From the NCBI GenBank assembly GCA_001643675.2, contig LSRY02000063.1, positions 310,001 to 374,000 on the forward strand: a stretch of 64,000 nucleotides of DNA. Reading direction: 5' to 3'. Shown here in pieces: positions 27,501 through 37,310 of this stretch. Source of the stretch: Monocercomonoides exilis PA203. Its lineage: Eukaryota > Protista > Preaxostyla. The notes under the pieces are model-generated. The model ran no database searches. It saw only the letters and a program-made list of their open reading frames with translations, and was not told the origin of the DNA. The translations under genes and the position numbers were made by a program. Each line of letters starts with the position of its first letter. Position 1 is the stretch's first letter.

Positions 27501-29532
27501 GTCAATAGAATTTACAGATTGCTCAGTCTCAATGAAAGATACAGCGATAACTAATTCCTCAAAAGGAGGGCTGACCATTTCAGGCGGAAAAGCGTCGATT
27601 GAGAAAGGAGAATTTGAGAACAACAACCCACATTTTGAAAGATATCCATCAGTAAGAAGAAACATCTATTGCTACAATTCAGCGCAATTGAATGTGATCA
27701 GCTTGAAAGGAGGTGATGGACTCAGAAATAACACTTCCTTGTGGATTTTGAATGATGGATGTGAACTATCAGGAATTGCATCGGAGCGGAAATCTGCTAA
27801 CTTTATTCCAACACTTAATTCAGTTGAGGTTGAAGAGCATGGAATTAATATAAAACTGAATTTCAAAGGATCGCTGCTTCTTCCGTGTAATTTATCATTT
27901 CAGATTAGCTCTATCGCAGATGATGTGGAAATGATCGAAAAATTTGGTTTCACATCTGATGGATTTGTTTCAGAAAGCGAAGTTTGGGCGATAATTGATT
28001 TGGCATTTGTTGAGTCCCTGCCAAAAGAATCTGAAATATCAGCTTCAATTTTATTTGTGGATGGAAATGCAACATTATCTACATCGCCTTTTGTGCTGAG
28101 AAATAAGACTGTTACAAATGACAAGCCAAATGAAGATGAACATTTTTCTCAGAACGTCAACAATACAAATTCGTGGAGCGGACTTCTGATTATTATTATT
28201 CTTGCAGTTCTTCTGTTCATAATATTGATTATTTCGATTATTGTGACAATTCGATGGAGAAAGCAAAAGAGAAGAACAAAGGAATTAGAAGTGATTGTGG
28301 AAGACACAGTGAGAAAGGATCCCAAAGCATTTGAAATGGTCACAATGGAGATGTCACCAGAGGAGCAGTGGAGGAGGGCAGAAAGAGAAGCTGAGAAGAA
28401 GAACGAAGAAAGGATAAAGAAAAGAATGAATGGAAAGGAGATGGAGCATTCAGAATCTTCGGAGTACCTTCTGGCGGAGAGCGATTCCACAGAATACATT
28501 CTGGGAAGAGATTCAGACAAGATCCCTCAATGGATGCTGGAGAAGGTCGATGAGAAGGAAGAAGATGATGCTTCGAGAAAGCGAACACCATCACCATCCA
28601 TTTCATCCACATCAACCACAGACACTTCAGACACAGACTCCACATTTGTAAGAGGGGAGGATCTGTGTCCAACCACCTCATCGATGTCGAATCTGGTGGA
28701 TGCAATGGCCTGCTCATCACCGCATGAGAAATTAATTGTGGATCTGAGGGATTCATTGTTCATGCTGTTGCATGGAATGAACGAGAAGAAAGAGATGGCA
28801 ATCGGCACTCTGCAGGAGAGGGAGCAAACAGCTGCACAGATCCTGTTCTGGGTGGCGAATGGAGCACTCCATTCATTTGACGAAATGGAAAATGAACTTT
28901 CCTCCTTGCAAAGTCTGAGTCCTCACATTGTTTTGTTCTCTGAACACATGGTCATATGCATTGTGATGCATTCAGACTTCTCTTCTGACTCTGATTCGTC
29001 TTCCATCTCATCAACCTCCACAATTGTCACATCTTCTTCTGATTTCTCATCTGCAAAGAGGAATGGAAAGAATTCTCCTCCTCCTTCATCTGCCTTTGAG
29101 GATGATGAAGACAACAGAAAAGAGTGTATGCGATGGAAGGCGCCTGAGCTGCTGATCAACAAGAACATGGGAGCAACAAAGGAGTCAGTTTCCTTTTCGA
29201 TTGGGACGATGCTGTGGGAGTGCCTGACGCTCCATATTCCGTTTGGAGATTATGAGGCAGAAATGGCTGGGCAGAAGATTGTGAATGGAGAGAGGATGGA
29301 CACGAGAAGCATTGAGCAGTCCAGTTTGATTGGCGTTGTGAAAAAGTGTGTGTCTTCTCAAACACGCGACAGATTGTCACTGATGGAACTTAAACGAGAA
29401 TTCATTCAGCACTTTCCGGCAGGAGCTGTTATGCTGACGATAACTGATGCAGTCACTTACAGAGATGACAGCGAATATGAAGATGGAAACAACGAAGATT
29501 CTGGAACTGTGGAAGAAAGTGGAATGAATTAA
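21523..29532 (+). CDS. Giant single-pass receptor-like protein B: signal peptide, beta-helix repeat ectodomain, TM (~28174-28257), TKL-like pseudokinase tail
   Basis: Intronless 2669-aa ORF. Hydrophobic N-terminus; repeated GGG(I)/FxxC and GxDxxxCGxxxxxC modules; TM WSGLLIIIILAVLLFIILIISIIVTIRW; RWKAPELL and SFSIGTMLWECLTLHIPF. Confidence 0.85.
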   Translation: MKIYKNFIIFLLIFLIEFSNACASPAVSSAYQKIIRKSYEIPSRSDDEILTDEKQRNYTFKERNPHKCIIHSTFMKHSKTNETFINLVNSTFNIGDVIIMESRFTEIIFCDSKSFSAVRDCSVRGWCTQEERSIFNCEGTLSISNLSLISLDSLTFASSLISTTKKKTDGIAEVRKCAFENLLIYSNIPLMGNRHLKRVCLSQCFFFNISHQKNKYDDKSATLTHYEIDNCDIHFVDSSIYGSLVNGMSTIGGFFMRNTSFEACEQMIERNETFETTGSDPIDINDTTFRNIHSETNGAAIYHSAGCPLTVLRCIFENCSSDDHGGGIRVISQALNYSITIKFSIGINCSALARGGFFSGDYQSGAVIERCEFIDCFSSTGGGGLYLNRFPKDILVSECNFSTCHDIEVSEKLSGGGITIGDSSNFTIRDCSFIQCSAAYGGGINFQGDGTYGGEWTASVMFCFFEANEGRCGAKDISFRGNWITYCSMNMLKECRTLSQGINLVMNDTVDVSGWIPSRYFNPLYVNVDLGIDHRGCGMNERKCKSISFVPSLVEEGGNEITQIVIESVRLTENGCNIGEKKINVSKKPTEDVIISSSVQLNALFHLTTGVLGMNSFTLIHNSTSSSPGTSLFLVSSTGTLLISKCNITCESLPTTNAAFIEPVIVARSGFIELSETSIAEFLLSNAGVIYFASSASVKLMSTNICNVTSENYNGAALNGVVGNGKYLILNGSVLRNISTDGGNGGGMSVSMEMNSSLQIHGVDKESEIFSCRAVALPEQESFGGGIYLKSEAESIELEITYLKCSANEASVGKNAYVFLNDLRTKVNEVKFAFMCNLDDAERDGGVIGKDLRKFSSDVNLFIFIDGYVSNVIELDRSDGEDEKYCGKEVACKSVDYGVGKLNGSDDRRLQLVGSSVVNNIFELLNTVVKGMNEKKILVVNDSLGGLSNAVITAKEEVTFEQVIFHLPNNFVNNQNTIFESKMSEGHLIMNQCDFQPSSIQAMTNSYFSVNYIIVNVEAGTFSMESCNLGSFSFSSSPFLFSSPIKLLFSNFYASAIQLKYSPLFLFNQPIDSAEKTQRNVITTSLIIEHSTFLQLEASGMNDACVISTKAVVEAVIEGCTFCDVSNENSAFGGAIFIDIAESGSLTVNGTTATERCACEKLSVGRGGFMHICHNRAVSASNDQMLLKDLSFDGNDAFCGKDLFILCTSLLEIVDKTKFAFAFAIGEQKRNNSLFGKDAIRFEDEVDLFSLITGYTSSDIYVDGNSGLDHVGCGGKQMSCRSFDVGLSHLAGNEQKNITLLTNSKLNAEVDVDNVNISSKGDLVFIELSDELAKTRDCVILSKLVIFFCVTFSLPDPSSNTHSVLFQSNGIGTSITLNQCSFTNSTQESISQSLVWLCDGCFFLKKCTLKEFKFSVAPFVICNTVNSNPYANIVEITNDDSNSILVEIDESVVGFVEGKGSSPTVISSADLSNDVMLNIKNSSFIDCHADSNDCGGTVLFSLNCNDVFSMNDSNITKCSALQGKGGGVFLDCKCDADVTLPFVFGNVSFTENSAIVGRDVFVRCESINTQINESQFIIDFNEMKFNRNNSIWGTDNKRPGQDVDLIPIVIVYRSEMIFVKGGDVNAEDKNPCGSISSPCSTVNFGLSHILPSSYSRLMICKEAAITSEGMVHNVTIQSFDASESTFILFKDIIEANMATNYLLLCWDKSAVDSLIFEIRETFECTCESIIKQKNGTLRLSSCEMRSVSQKTINSSMILVQSGVIEMYRISINNLILSEEMLVFQQGTSSNLNNVSFSSVKCSSVIVGSKAGLVFNQINANEVNTKKDFISIETDVQKTSFSNVTFNNINVSEGHFIKVKSEKTESDITEDCSEIEIINTNFKQIQIFEANSIILMSSVRSVKRTASFCFLRMRDCIFRRCLSPKEQGKIINANGNWNVSVEICDIDAFEGENANEIVYKNDRLITEKNNFDQLKPKRQKLANEAEEICKWNKSSIEFTDCSVSMKDTAITNSSKGGLTISGGKASIEKGEFENNNPHFERYPSVRRNIYCYNSAQLNVISLKGGDGLRNNTSLWILNDGCELSGIASERKSANFIPTLNSVEVEEHGINIKLNFKGSLLLPCNLSFQISSIADDVEMIEKFGFTSDGFVSESEVWAIIDLAFVESLPKESEISASILFVDGNATLSTSPFVLRNKTVTNDKPNEDEHFSQNVNNTNSWSGLLIIIILAVLLFIILIISIIVTIRWRKQKRRTKELEVIVEDTVRKDPKAFEMVTMEMSPEEQWRRAEREAEKKNEERIKKRMNGKEMEHSESSEYLLAESDSTEYILGRDSDKIPQWMLEKVDEKEEDDASRKRTPSPSISSTSTTDTSDTDSTFVRGEDLCPTTSSMSNLVDAMACSSPHEKLIVDLRDSLFMLLHGMNEKKEMAIGTLQEREQTAAQILFWVANGALHSFDEMENELSSLQSLSPHIVLFSEHMVICIVMHSDFSSDSDSSSISSTSTIVTSSSDFSSAKRNGKNSPPPSSAFEDDEDNRKECMRWKAPELLINKNMGATKESVSFSIGTMLWECLTLHIPFGDYEAEMAGQKIVNGERMDTRSIEQSSLIGVVKKCVSSQTRDRLSLMELKREFIQHFPAGAVMLTITDAVTYRDDSEYEDGNNEDSGTVEESGMN

Positions 29533-29938
29533 ACAAGATATTATTTTTTTTAAAATAAATATATATATTATAATTTTATTTTTCTTTTTTGAAATTCTTT
29601 GGGTTGGAAATAGTCGAGTGGGTCTGTTTATTAGCAACAATTTTCCAGTTGATTTGCTTTGAGCTTGAATAATTTGTCTTTTTTCGCCTCTCTTTTAATT
29701 CGACAACATCTTTGCTCTCCTTCCTCTTCATCTTCTTTCTATTCTTCTTTCAACAAAACATTTCTTATTTTTTAAATTGCATTACATTTTTTGTGATTGT
29801 TTACGTTTATATGTATTTAAATTAAGTTATATTTTTTTATTCATTTGCTTCATTTATTAGAAATTTGAAAAATTCCTTTTCCCTTAATTAATTTCACAAT
29901 TCAAAAAAGAAAGAATTTCATGTTTGCTATATATATAT

Positions 29939-29963
29939 CCCCCCCCCCCCCCCCCCCCCCCCC
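29939..29963. repeat. poly-C tract (~25 C), about 280 bp upstream of the IFT80 start codon
   Basis: Directly visible. Confidence 0.9.
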
Positions 29964-30241
29964 AAGCCTTCTGGCTATGAGAAATGATGATGAAACAAAA
30001 GTTTTTGAGCAAAAACAATTTCTAATTAGATATTTTGAATCTTTTTTAAGGTAAAAAAAAAAAATTCGGAAAATAATAATCAATTTTCATAAAAAAAAAT
30101 TATTATTGAATAATTTGTTATTTATAAATAACATAAAGAAACAATTGTGAAAATTTTTGTTGAAATTGAAAAAAGATATAATTATGGTTCGTTTGTTGAA
30201 ATAGTATTTATCTTTCTCTCCTCTATTTAACGTGAGTTTAA

Positions 30242-33200
30242 ATGAGTAGACTCGAGGTGATAAAGCTTGATTCTACAGCTCATTCGGATTCTGTTTCTGC
30301 TGTTGAATTTGGAACCGGCTCGGAGGTATATTCGTTTGGTGATGATCAGGTTGTTAACCAGTTCAATATAACTGGAGAACATCTTGGAATGATACGAAAA
30401 ATAGAAGACACAAGCGTTCTTGATTGCCATAGAGCACCACAGAAACGTGGGCCACTTGGCTTATCGATTAAAACTCAACCATCTGTTGATGATACAATTG
30501 CTCTTGCTTGCACTGATGGTATACTATTTTTATGATATTTTTATACAGAAAATTTTCTTTTTTGTTTTATTGCGATTTCATATTAATTAATGGACTGTAA
30601 CTTTGATTGAATTTAAAGGAACATTTCGTCTTTTGACACCAAAAAAACTTACAAAAAAAGAAGCACACGAAGGAGCTGTATTATGTGTCAGGTGGTCATG
30701 GGATGGGTCGCAACTTGCAACATCTGGAGATGATGGATTTGTTAAAGTTTGGAGTAGAACTGGAGAATCAACAAAAGTTGCAAAAACAGAAAATCCTGTA
30801 TTTGCAGTTTGCTGGAGTCCTGCAGATGATCAGATAGCCTTTTGCTCGTTTGCACCTGAACGATCTTTATTTTATTAAAATAGTTCTTTTTTATTCTTTT
30901 TTTTTTTAAAAAATTAATGTTTGTAGTGGAAACCGTATAGCAATAAGGGCACTTCAAATCACAAGAAAACAGCTTTTATGGAATGCGCATCCAGGAATAG
31001 TTTTATGTATGGATTGGTCTGCAGCAAACGGGCTTCTTCTCTCCGGAGGAGAAGACAGAACATACAGGATTTGGACAGGTCAGGGAAGGAATCTGTACAG
31101 TTCCCGTATGTTTGCCTATCCCATCACGTCTGTGTGCTGGTCGATGCGCGGAGAGACATTTGCCGTCGGCTCGATGAACTGTGTCGTGTTGTGCGATGCG
31201 GCTGGCTGGGAGAAGCATGTCATCTACAACGACACAGCCTCAATCACACGTCTGAGATTCTCGCCAAATGGGAGGCAGCTGGCAGGAGCTGGATACAACG
31301 GGTCGGTGCTGATGTGCAGAGTGGTGGCTAATAAAGTCAGATGGGAGAACTTCGTAGCGAGCGAAGAGGAAATGAACAAAGTGGCAGTTTATGACGTGAT
31401 GAACGATGTTTGCAATCACTTAATTTCTTTCTTTTTCTTTTTTAGATAATTTATAAAAAATATATTATCCATTTCTAAATTAATGTAATCATGCACTTAC
31501 GATACTTAAACTTGATAAATGTGCCATCTTCTTCATCCTCTTCTTTATCGCCTCAACATTCATTCGCATTCCATTAGACTGTTGATTACATTGATCTGAT
31601 GCACCACCATCGCGACTCCCACTCCACACCAGTCATCCACGCCATGGGAATCAACAGAGACCATCTGCTGATTGTCACACAGACACACGTCTTCTCCTTC
31701 GACATGCCCAACTTCAACTCAGCTCCTCCTCATCTGATCCCTTTCACTGCCTCGTCCGTCGCACTGTGTGTGCTGGCCGAGCGGCATTTCCTGCTTGTCG
31801 TGTCATCCACTTCTGCCTCTTCTTCTGCCTCGTCTGTTGCTGGCGGTGGATCCGGCTCTGCAGTGATGGGACTTGTCTTCGGATACGACGGGAAGGCCAT
31901 CTGCCAAATCAACTTGGCTTCGTGCTTCTCAAACACAAACGCCATCAACAGCAAGCTCGTTGCACTCAATAACCAGATTGTGGCTGTGGTTGAGGGAAGC
32001 GAAGGAAAAGGTATGGATGATATTTTTGATTAATTTGACGTTTGAATTTTCTTTTTATTTATTATATTTCCTGTTATATTTAATCATATATAATTTTTTT
32101 TCACATTCACTTTCAAACATTCGCTTATTTCTATTCTTTCCCTTTATTTTCTTTTCTGTTTAATTCTCTTTCTTTTTTGTAAGTTGTCCGCATTTTCTCT
32201 GCCAGCAGCGGGCGACAGATCGGCGAGCCACTTCGGATGGATGTGGGTGTGAATGAAGTGTCTCTTTCGCAGCGCAACCCAACGCAGTCCCTTTTGGCTG
32301 TGGTGGACAAGTCGCACTCGCTGTTTGTGGTGAATGTGCGGCAGAATGAGAAGCTGAAGTTCGCATCTGTCGTCGACTCTGTCATGTGGCACGCCACCAC
32401 TGACCAGCTGGCTGTGGTTATGGAAGGCGCTCTTTCTATCTGGATCCATCCATACGGTGCATTCACAGACAAGGCCAGCATCGACAAGTTCCGCACCGTC
32501 ATACCGCTGCCGCTGGCTGCTGTGCCTGTCGTCGGTGGCTCTGTGATGTTCTCTGCCACACCGATTTCCTCGTCATCTGCGTCTTCTTCTGCAGTCAGTT
32601 CTGGTAAGCGCTTCTTGTCTGGCTCGTCTCCTGACTCTGCCTCGTCTGATTTCTCACCCATGTCAGCCTCTTCCTCCTCCTCTTCCTCATCTTCGCCTCT
32701 GTCTGGTCTGAATGCCTCGCCCTCCATCGGCTCATCTGCCATCGCCTCTGCAGCCACCACGACGACCGCCGGCACAACTTCTGAAGGGATCGACCTGGTT
32801 GCGTTCTTCGGGTCGCAATGCTGCTGTGTGCGTGCGTGTGATGGCGTCAGCGTGTGGGTAGGAGTGCGCCCGTTCGGCGAGATGCTGCACGAGACAGTGG
32901 CTGCTGGGCGGTGGGAGGAAGCGAACCGCCTCTGCCGCTATGTGAACGAGCGGTGCCTGTGGCACTGCTTTGCTGCGATGGCGATAGAAAACAAGGAGCT
33001 CAACTTTGCCGAGCTGGCGTATGCTGCCTTGGACGAGGTGGATAAGGTGCGTTTTGTGATTCATCTGCGGTCGGTGCCGTATGCCGAGGTGAAGAACGCC
33101 GAGCTGCTGCTGCTGAAGAGGAAGGCAGACGAGGCTGAGAAAGTGCTGCTGACTGCGGGCTTCCGGCGGCAGGCGATCAAAATGAATGCGCGGCTGTTCC

Positions 33201-33754
33201 GCTGGCAGCGTGCGCTGGACATTGCTGAAGGAACTGTTGGCGGTGGAGGATTCAGCGGGAAGAGAGGAGGAGTGAAGGGAGACGGAGAGGAAGACGAGGA
33301 AGGCGGAGAGGGCGGAGACGGAGGAGACGGAGGAGACGGGGAGAAAGGAAGAGATTTCGGAAGCGGCGGTAGCGGAAGCCGGACATCGGTGAATCTTGTG
33401 GAGTATGTGGTGGGGCTGCGGAGAAGGTTTCTGAGGACGATTTTCCAGTCAACCGAGAAAGGCTCCACGCAATCTGCGCCTGAGACCATTCCGGGCTTTC
33501 AGAAATATGATAGCCTAAAAGTGGACTTGGATGCCATCAAAAAGACGATAAAGACAGAAAAGCTGAACGATGCAAAGGCTCTGAGTTTGTTCTTTTATTG
33601 CGTGTATATTTTAAAAAATAATTTGTTAACTTTTTTTTCACCTTTCATTCACTACTGCCATTGAAATTACTTTCTTCGTTTATTCAAAACTTTAGAAAAA
33701 GCAAAAGCCAAAGCTAAAACAGGAAATAATTCTGAAGCAGCAGCAAAAGAATAA
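30242..33754 (+). CDS. IFT80: Intraflagellar transport protein 80 (WD40 plus alpha-solenoid), 6 exons
   Basis: 'EAHEGAVLCVRWSWDGSQLATSGDDGFVKVWSRTG', 'WNAHPGIVLCMDWSAANGLLLSGGEDRTYRIW', 'WEEANRLCRYV..LWHCFAAMA..ELNFAELAYAALDEVDKV', 'AIKMNARLFRWQRALDIA'. Confidence 0.92.
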
Positions 33755-34736
33755 GCAAAGTCTACTCTTGTATATTTTTCAGAGCAACTTAATCTTAGTT
33801 ATATTCAATAGCTTTTCTTGTGAAAACCCAAAGTATTTCTATCCTTTCTTTCTTTCTTTCTTTCTCTCTCTCTCTCCCCCATTTGTTCAAGCGCAATTTT
33901 TTCCTATTCTAACTTTATTTCATCACATTTTTTCAACTCATGCACGTCGCTTATTGTTTTGTTATTGAAGTTTTATTTTATCTTAAAAAGAATGATTTTT
34001 CTGTATGACTACCCCAAATTTGTGCTTGGAAACATTTCCAAAAAAAAAAAAAAAATCAATCAGAATCTTTTCATTCCCCATCCACCAATTCATTGAATTT
34101 ACTATTTGTCCAGTTGAAACCTGAACTTTGACATCGATTCATATGCTGAACCTCTTTCAATAGCAAATAACATCAAAATTGATTCTTTGTTTATGTGGCT
34201 GATACTTCAAGAAATCATATTTTCGTTCGAGTTTTGATCAAAATTATTTTCTCAATGTGGTTTTCGAAAAAATATATTTTCTTTAAAACATCAACATATG
34301 ATGTGAGTATTATCCGATGTTGCACATTTTTTCGAAAATCAGACTGAAATTTTTATTTTGGTCAAAACTTGAAGGAAAGTGTGATTTCAAAAAGGATCAG
34401 CCATGTTGTCTTTTTTCTTCGTAAATAACAATTCCTAATCATTTTCCTATATCATGTTTATGAAGGGATTTTCCTTTTTTGATGAATTAAAATTTGAAGC
34501 AATAAAACTTCACAAGTTAATATTCAAATAGTCACATTAAAAAAAAGTAATCAGTGATTTCTTTATGAGTTTACGTTGTTGGAAGTATTTTGGGTATGAA
34601 AATTGTGATTGTATTATCATATCCATCTTCGTCCAACCTTTCGAATTAATTTTCCTTTAAAATTTTTCTTTCTTTTTTTTTTTTTTAAAAACATCAAACT
34701 CTTTCCATCAGATTTATCTGAAAAAAGAAATGTTTT

Positions 34737-35103
34737 TATGGTGTGTGCAGAAACCCGCACTTGTGCAAAAACCCGCACACTTGACATTTTCTTTCGAAAT
34801 ACTTCTCCACATTCATATATGTGAAAGCATTCAGCATTTTGAAACCACCAGTAACTTTTATTTGTCCGATATTTAGTATTTCGAATGAAAAATCAAAAAC
34901 AAAAATTTTTGATCAAAAGATCAAAAAAGATCAAAAATTTTTGTTTTTGATTTTTCATTCAAAATACTAGAAATTGTCCAAAAAAAGTTATGGGTTGCAT
35001 CAAAATTCGAAGTACTTTCACATATATGAATGTGGAAGAGTATTTCGAAAGAAAATGTCAAGTGTGCGGGTTTTTGCACAAGTGCGGGTTTTGCACCCAA
35101 CTA
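34737..35103. mobile_element. Foldback MITE, near-complete 365-bp palindrome with mariner-like end (TA-GTTGGGTGCAAAA)
   Basis: Arm aaacccgcacttgtgcaaaaacccgcacacttgacattttctttcgaaatac and its exact reverse complement at the right end; arms continue to a central gatcaaaagatcaaaaaagatc loop. Confidence 0.9.
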
Positions 35104-35265
35104 TTATGTTTTATTTGACTTTTGAGTGATCATTTTCGAAACGAATTAAAAATTTGTGAAATAGGTTCCTCTTTTAATTTGCACTTTTTTCATTATTGGC
35201 AATTTTATTTTTCATAATAATCAATCTGACACTCAAATTATATTTCAAAAAATATTATTGGAATA

Positions 35266-35529
35266 TATGGGTGATAATTATAGAATCCATATTTTCTTTT
35301 TAAATTTTTTCCGTTTGGGAATTCTCTTTGAATATTGAATAATGAACAGTCAACACTTTTAACTCTTTTTGAAGATAATTTTTTCATGAATATGATCTCA
35401 AATATTGCCTTTTTTTACTATTTATTTTTAATTTTTCATTTTAATGAAAAAATAACTTTGATTTGTAGTGAATCCTTCTTTGAACCGACACTCGGAAAAA
35501 AGTTTTGATATCAAAAATAAACACCCATA
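35266..35529. mobile_element. Degenerate MITE with TA-TGGGTG...CACCCA-TA ends
   Basis: Terminal inverted tatatgggtg/cacccatata plus internal ttttttccg/cggaaaaaa; same end type as 58037-58282. Confidence 0.55.
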
Positions 35530-35532
35530 TAT

Positions 35533-35820
35533 TCTAAATCGGAAATAATCACATCGGTTTTTGTATAACTTTTTGTGACTTTATCCGATAGGAATTATAT
35601 CCAATGCTGATTATCACAGAAAAAAATAAAAATAAATAAATTAATTACTTAATTTTGGGTCAAATTTTAAAAATTTTGAAAATTCTTTATTAAAACGCAT
35701 TTTTCACTTGCGAAATTATTTTTTTTTCATACACACATATTATTTTGACTTATTTGAGCACATTTTTGAAAAAGCGAAAAATCGTTTTTTAAAAATCAAA
35801 AAATCGATTTTTCATAGAAA
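35533..35820 (+). repeat. Second copy of the 16141-16593 element (left ~290 bp)
   Basis: Near-identical blocks: atcacatcggtttttgt..ctttttgtgactttatccgataggaattatatcc...gcatttttcacttgcgaaatt...gagcacatttttgaaaaagcgaaaaatc. Confidence 0.9.
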
Positions 35821-37310
35821 AAAAATTATCCACAATGATGAAAAAAAGTGATTATAAAGGGGGAAAAAATGAACTTTCAAGCATTTTTTGCACTTGGCTT
35901 TGAATAATTATCACACTCAAAACTTTATTTCGCTTCCTCAGTTTTCAAAATAAATTTGATTTTCATATCCATAAACATGCATCGTAGAAAAAGAAACACA
36001 AAGTTATCCAACATTTCACGAATGTTAAAAAATGAACTTATTTTTATTGCGTTTTTTGTTCTCAAAAAGTCTATGAAAAGTGCATAATTTTTATTTGAAA
36101 ATGCCTGAAGCAAAATATTTTGCCCCATATGCATAATAAGTTTTAGGTTTTTCTTTGCTTTATTCAAAAATTATAGAACTTTCCCCTATATTTTAATTTT
36201 TGAATAGAAATTATAAAAATAATAAATCGAATGAAAAAACTATTTTATCGGAATAATCATTATTTTTTGTGTTTTGTCAAACACTTTGATCACTTCCATT
36301 TGAACAACCATTATCAAACTATGAGTCACCAAAGAAAAAGACATTCAACATTGAGATTATTGACACCGAAGAAACATCAAACAGAACCGAATAATGATTC
36401 ACTTTGAAGAGTGATGAAAAGGAACTGTTATCTGTATTTTTTGAAACAATTGGAAATGGACACAGATCACCTTCATTCATGTCTTTCAATTTCTTTTTTC
36501 AAACAAATAACACATTTCCCACTTCATAATTCATGAATAAAAATTTCAGACCATATTTTATATTCTTTTCCACTTCGCTATTTTGAAATCAAAACATTTA
36601 AAATCGAAATTTGTATGCTGAAAAAAAAACTCAATTTCTCATTTTCAATCAACAAAAACTCAAAAAACGTTCTGAAAAAACACACTTAAAATCGGGGGAA
36701 AGGTGCTGGCTTGGAGCTTAAAGTCGTTGGAAGGAATGAATCGATTCAAAGGCTGAAGTCAAGCAGGAAGAATCAACAAAGAATAATACCCATAAATTAA
36801 AGGTGATTATGAACATTGAACAAATATCTCATTTGAACATCAAATTCCATTTGTGCGCTTGAAGGAACTTGCTGAAAAATACGTGAAACCGAATAACACA
36901 AAGTTATTTGAAAAAGAAGAATTACAAACTTCAAATGAACAAAAAAGGGAACTTCAATCAAAAACAAAATTAAAATCAAAAAAAAAAAAAAAAAAAAAAC
37001 AAAAACAAAACAAAACAAAAATCAATAAAAAACGAGTCAGATGTGAAATGAAATCTTCATTTTTGAATGAAATGAACCAACTCCATTGAACAGAAATAAA
37101 AAAACAATCCTGAAAATGAATACAAAAAATGAAATCACAACAAACACTCCTCGAACAACGAATAATTTGGAAGAACAATAGCAAACTCACAAATCCATTC
37201 TCAATGAAAATAAACACAATATATCCAAACAAATCACAAAACATCAACATGTCAGCCTTCAAATAGTTATTTTCTCAAACAAAACGTTCAACTTCATTTC
37301 TCCATCTCCT

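Noticed and set aside
36690-36780. GC-richer island as a possible tRNA or snoRNA
   Set aside because: No cloverleaf, A/B boxes or convincing C/D boxes.
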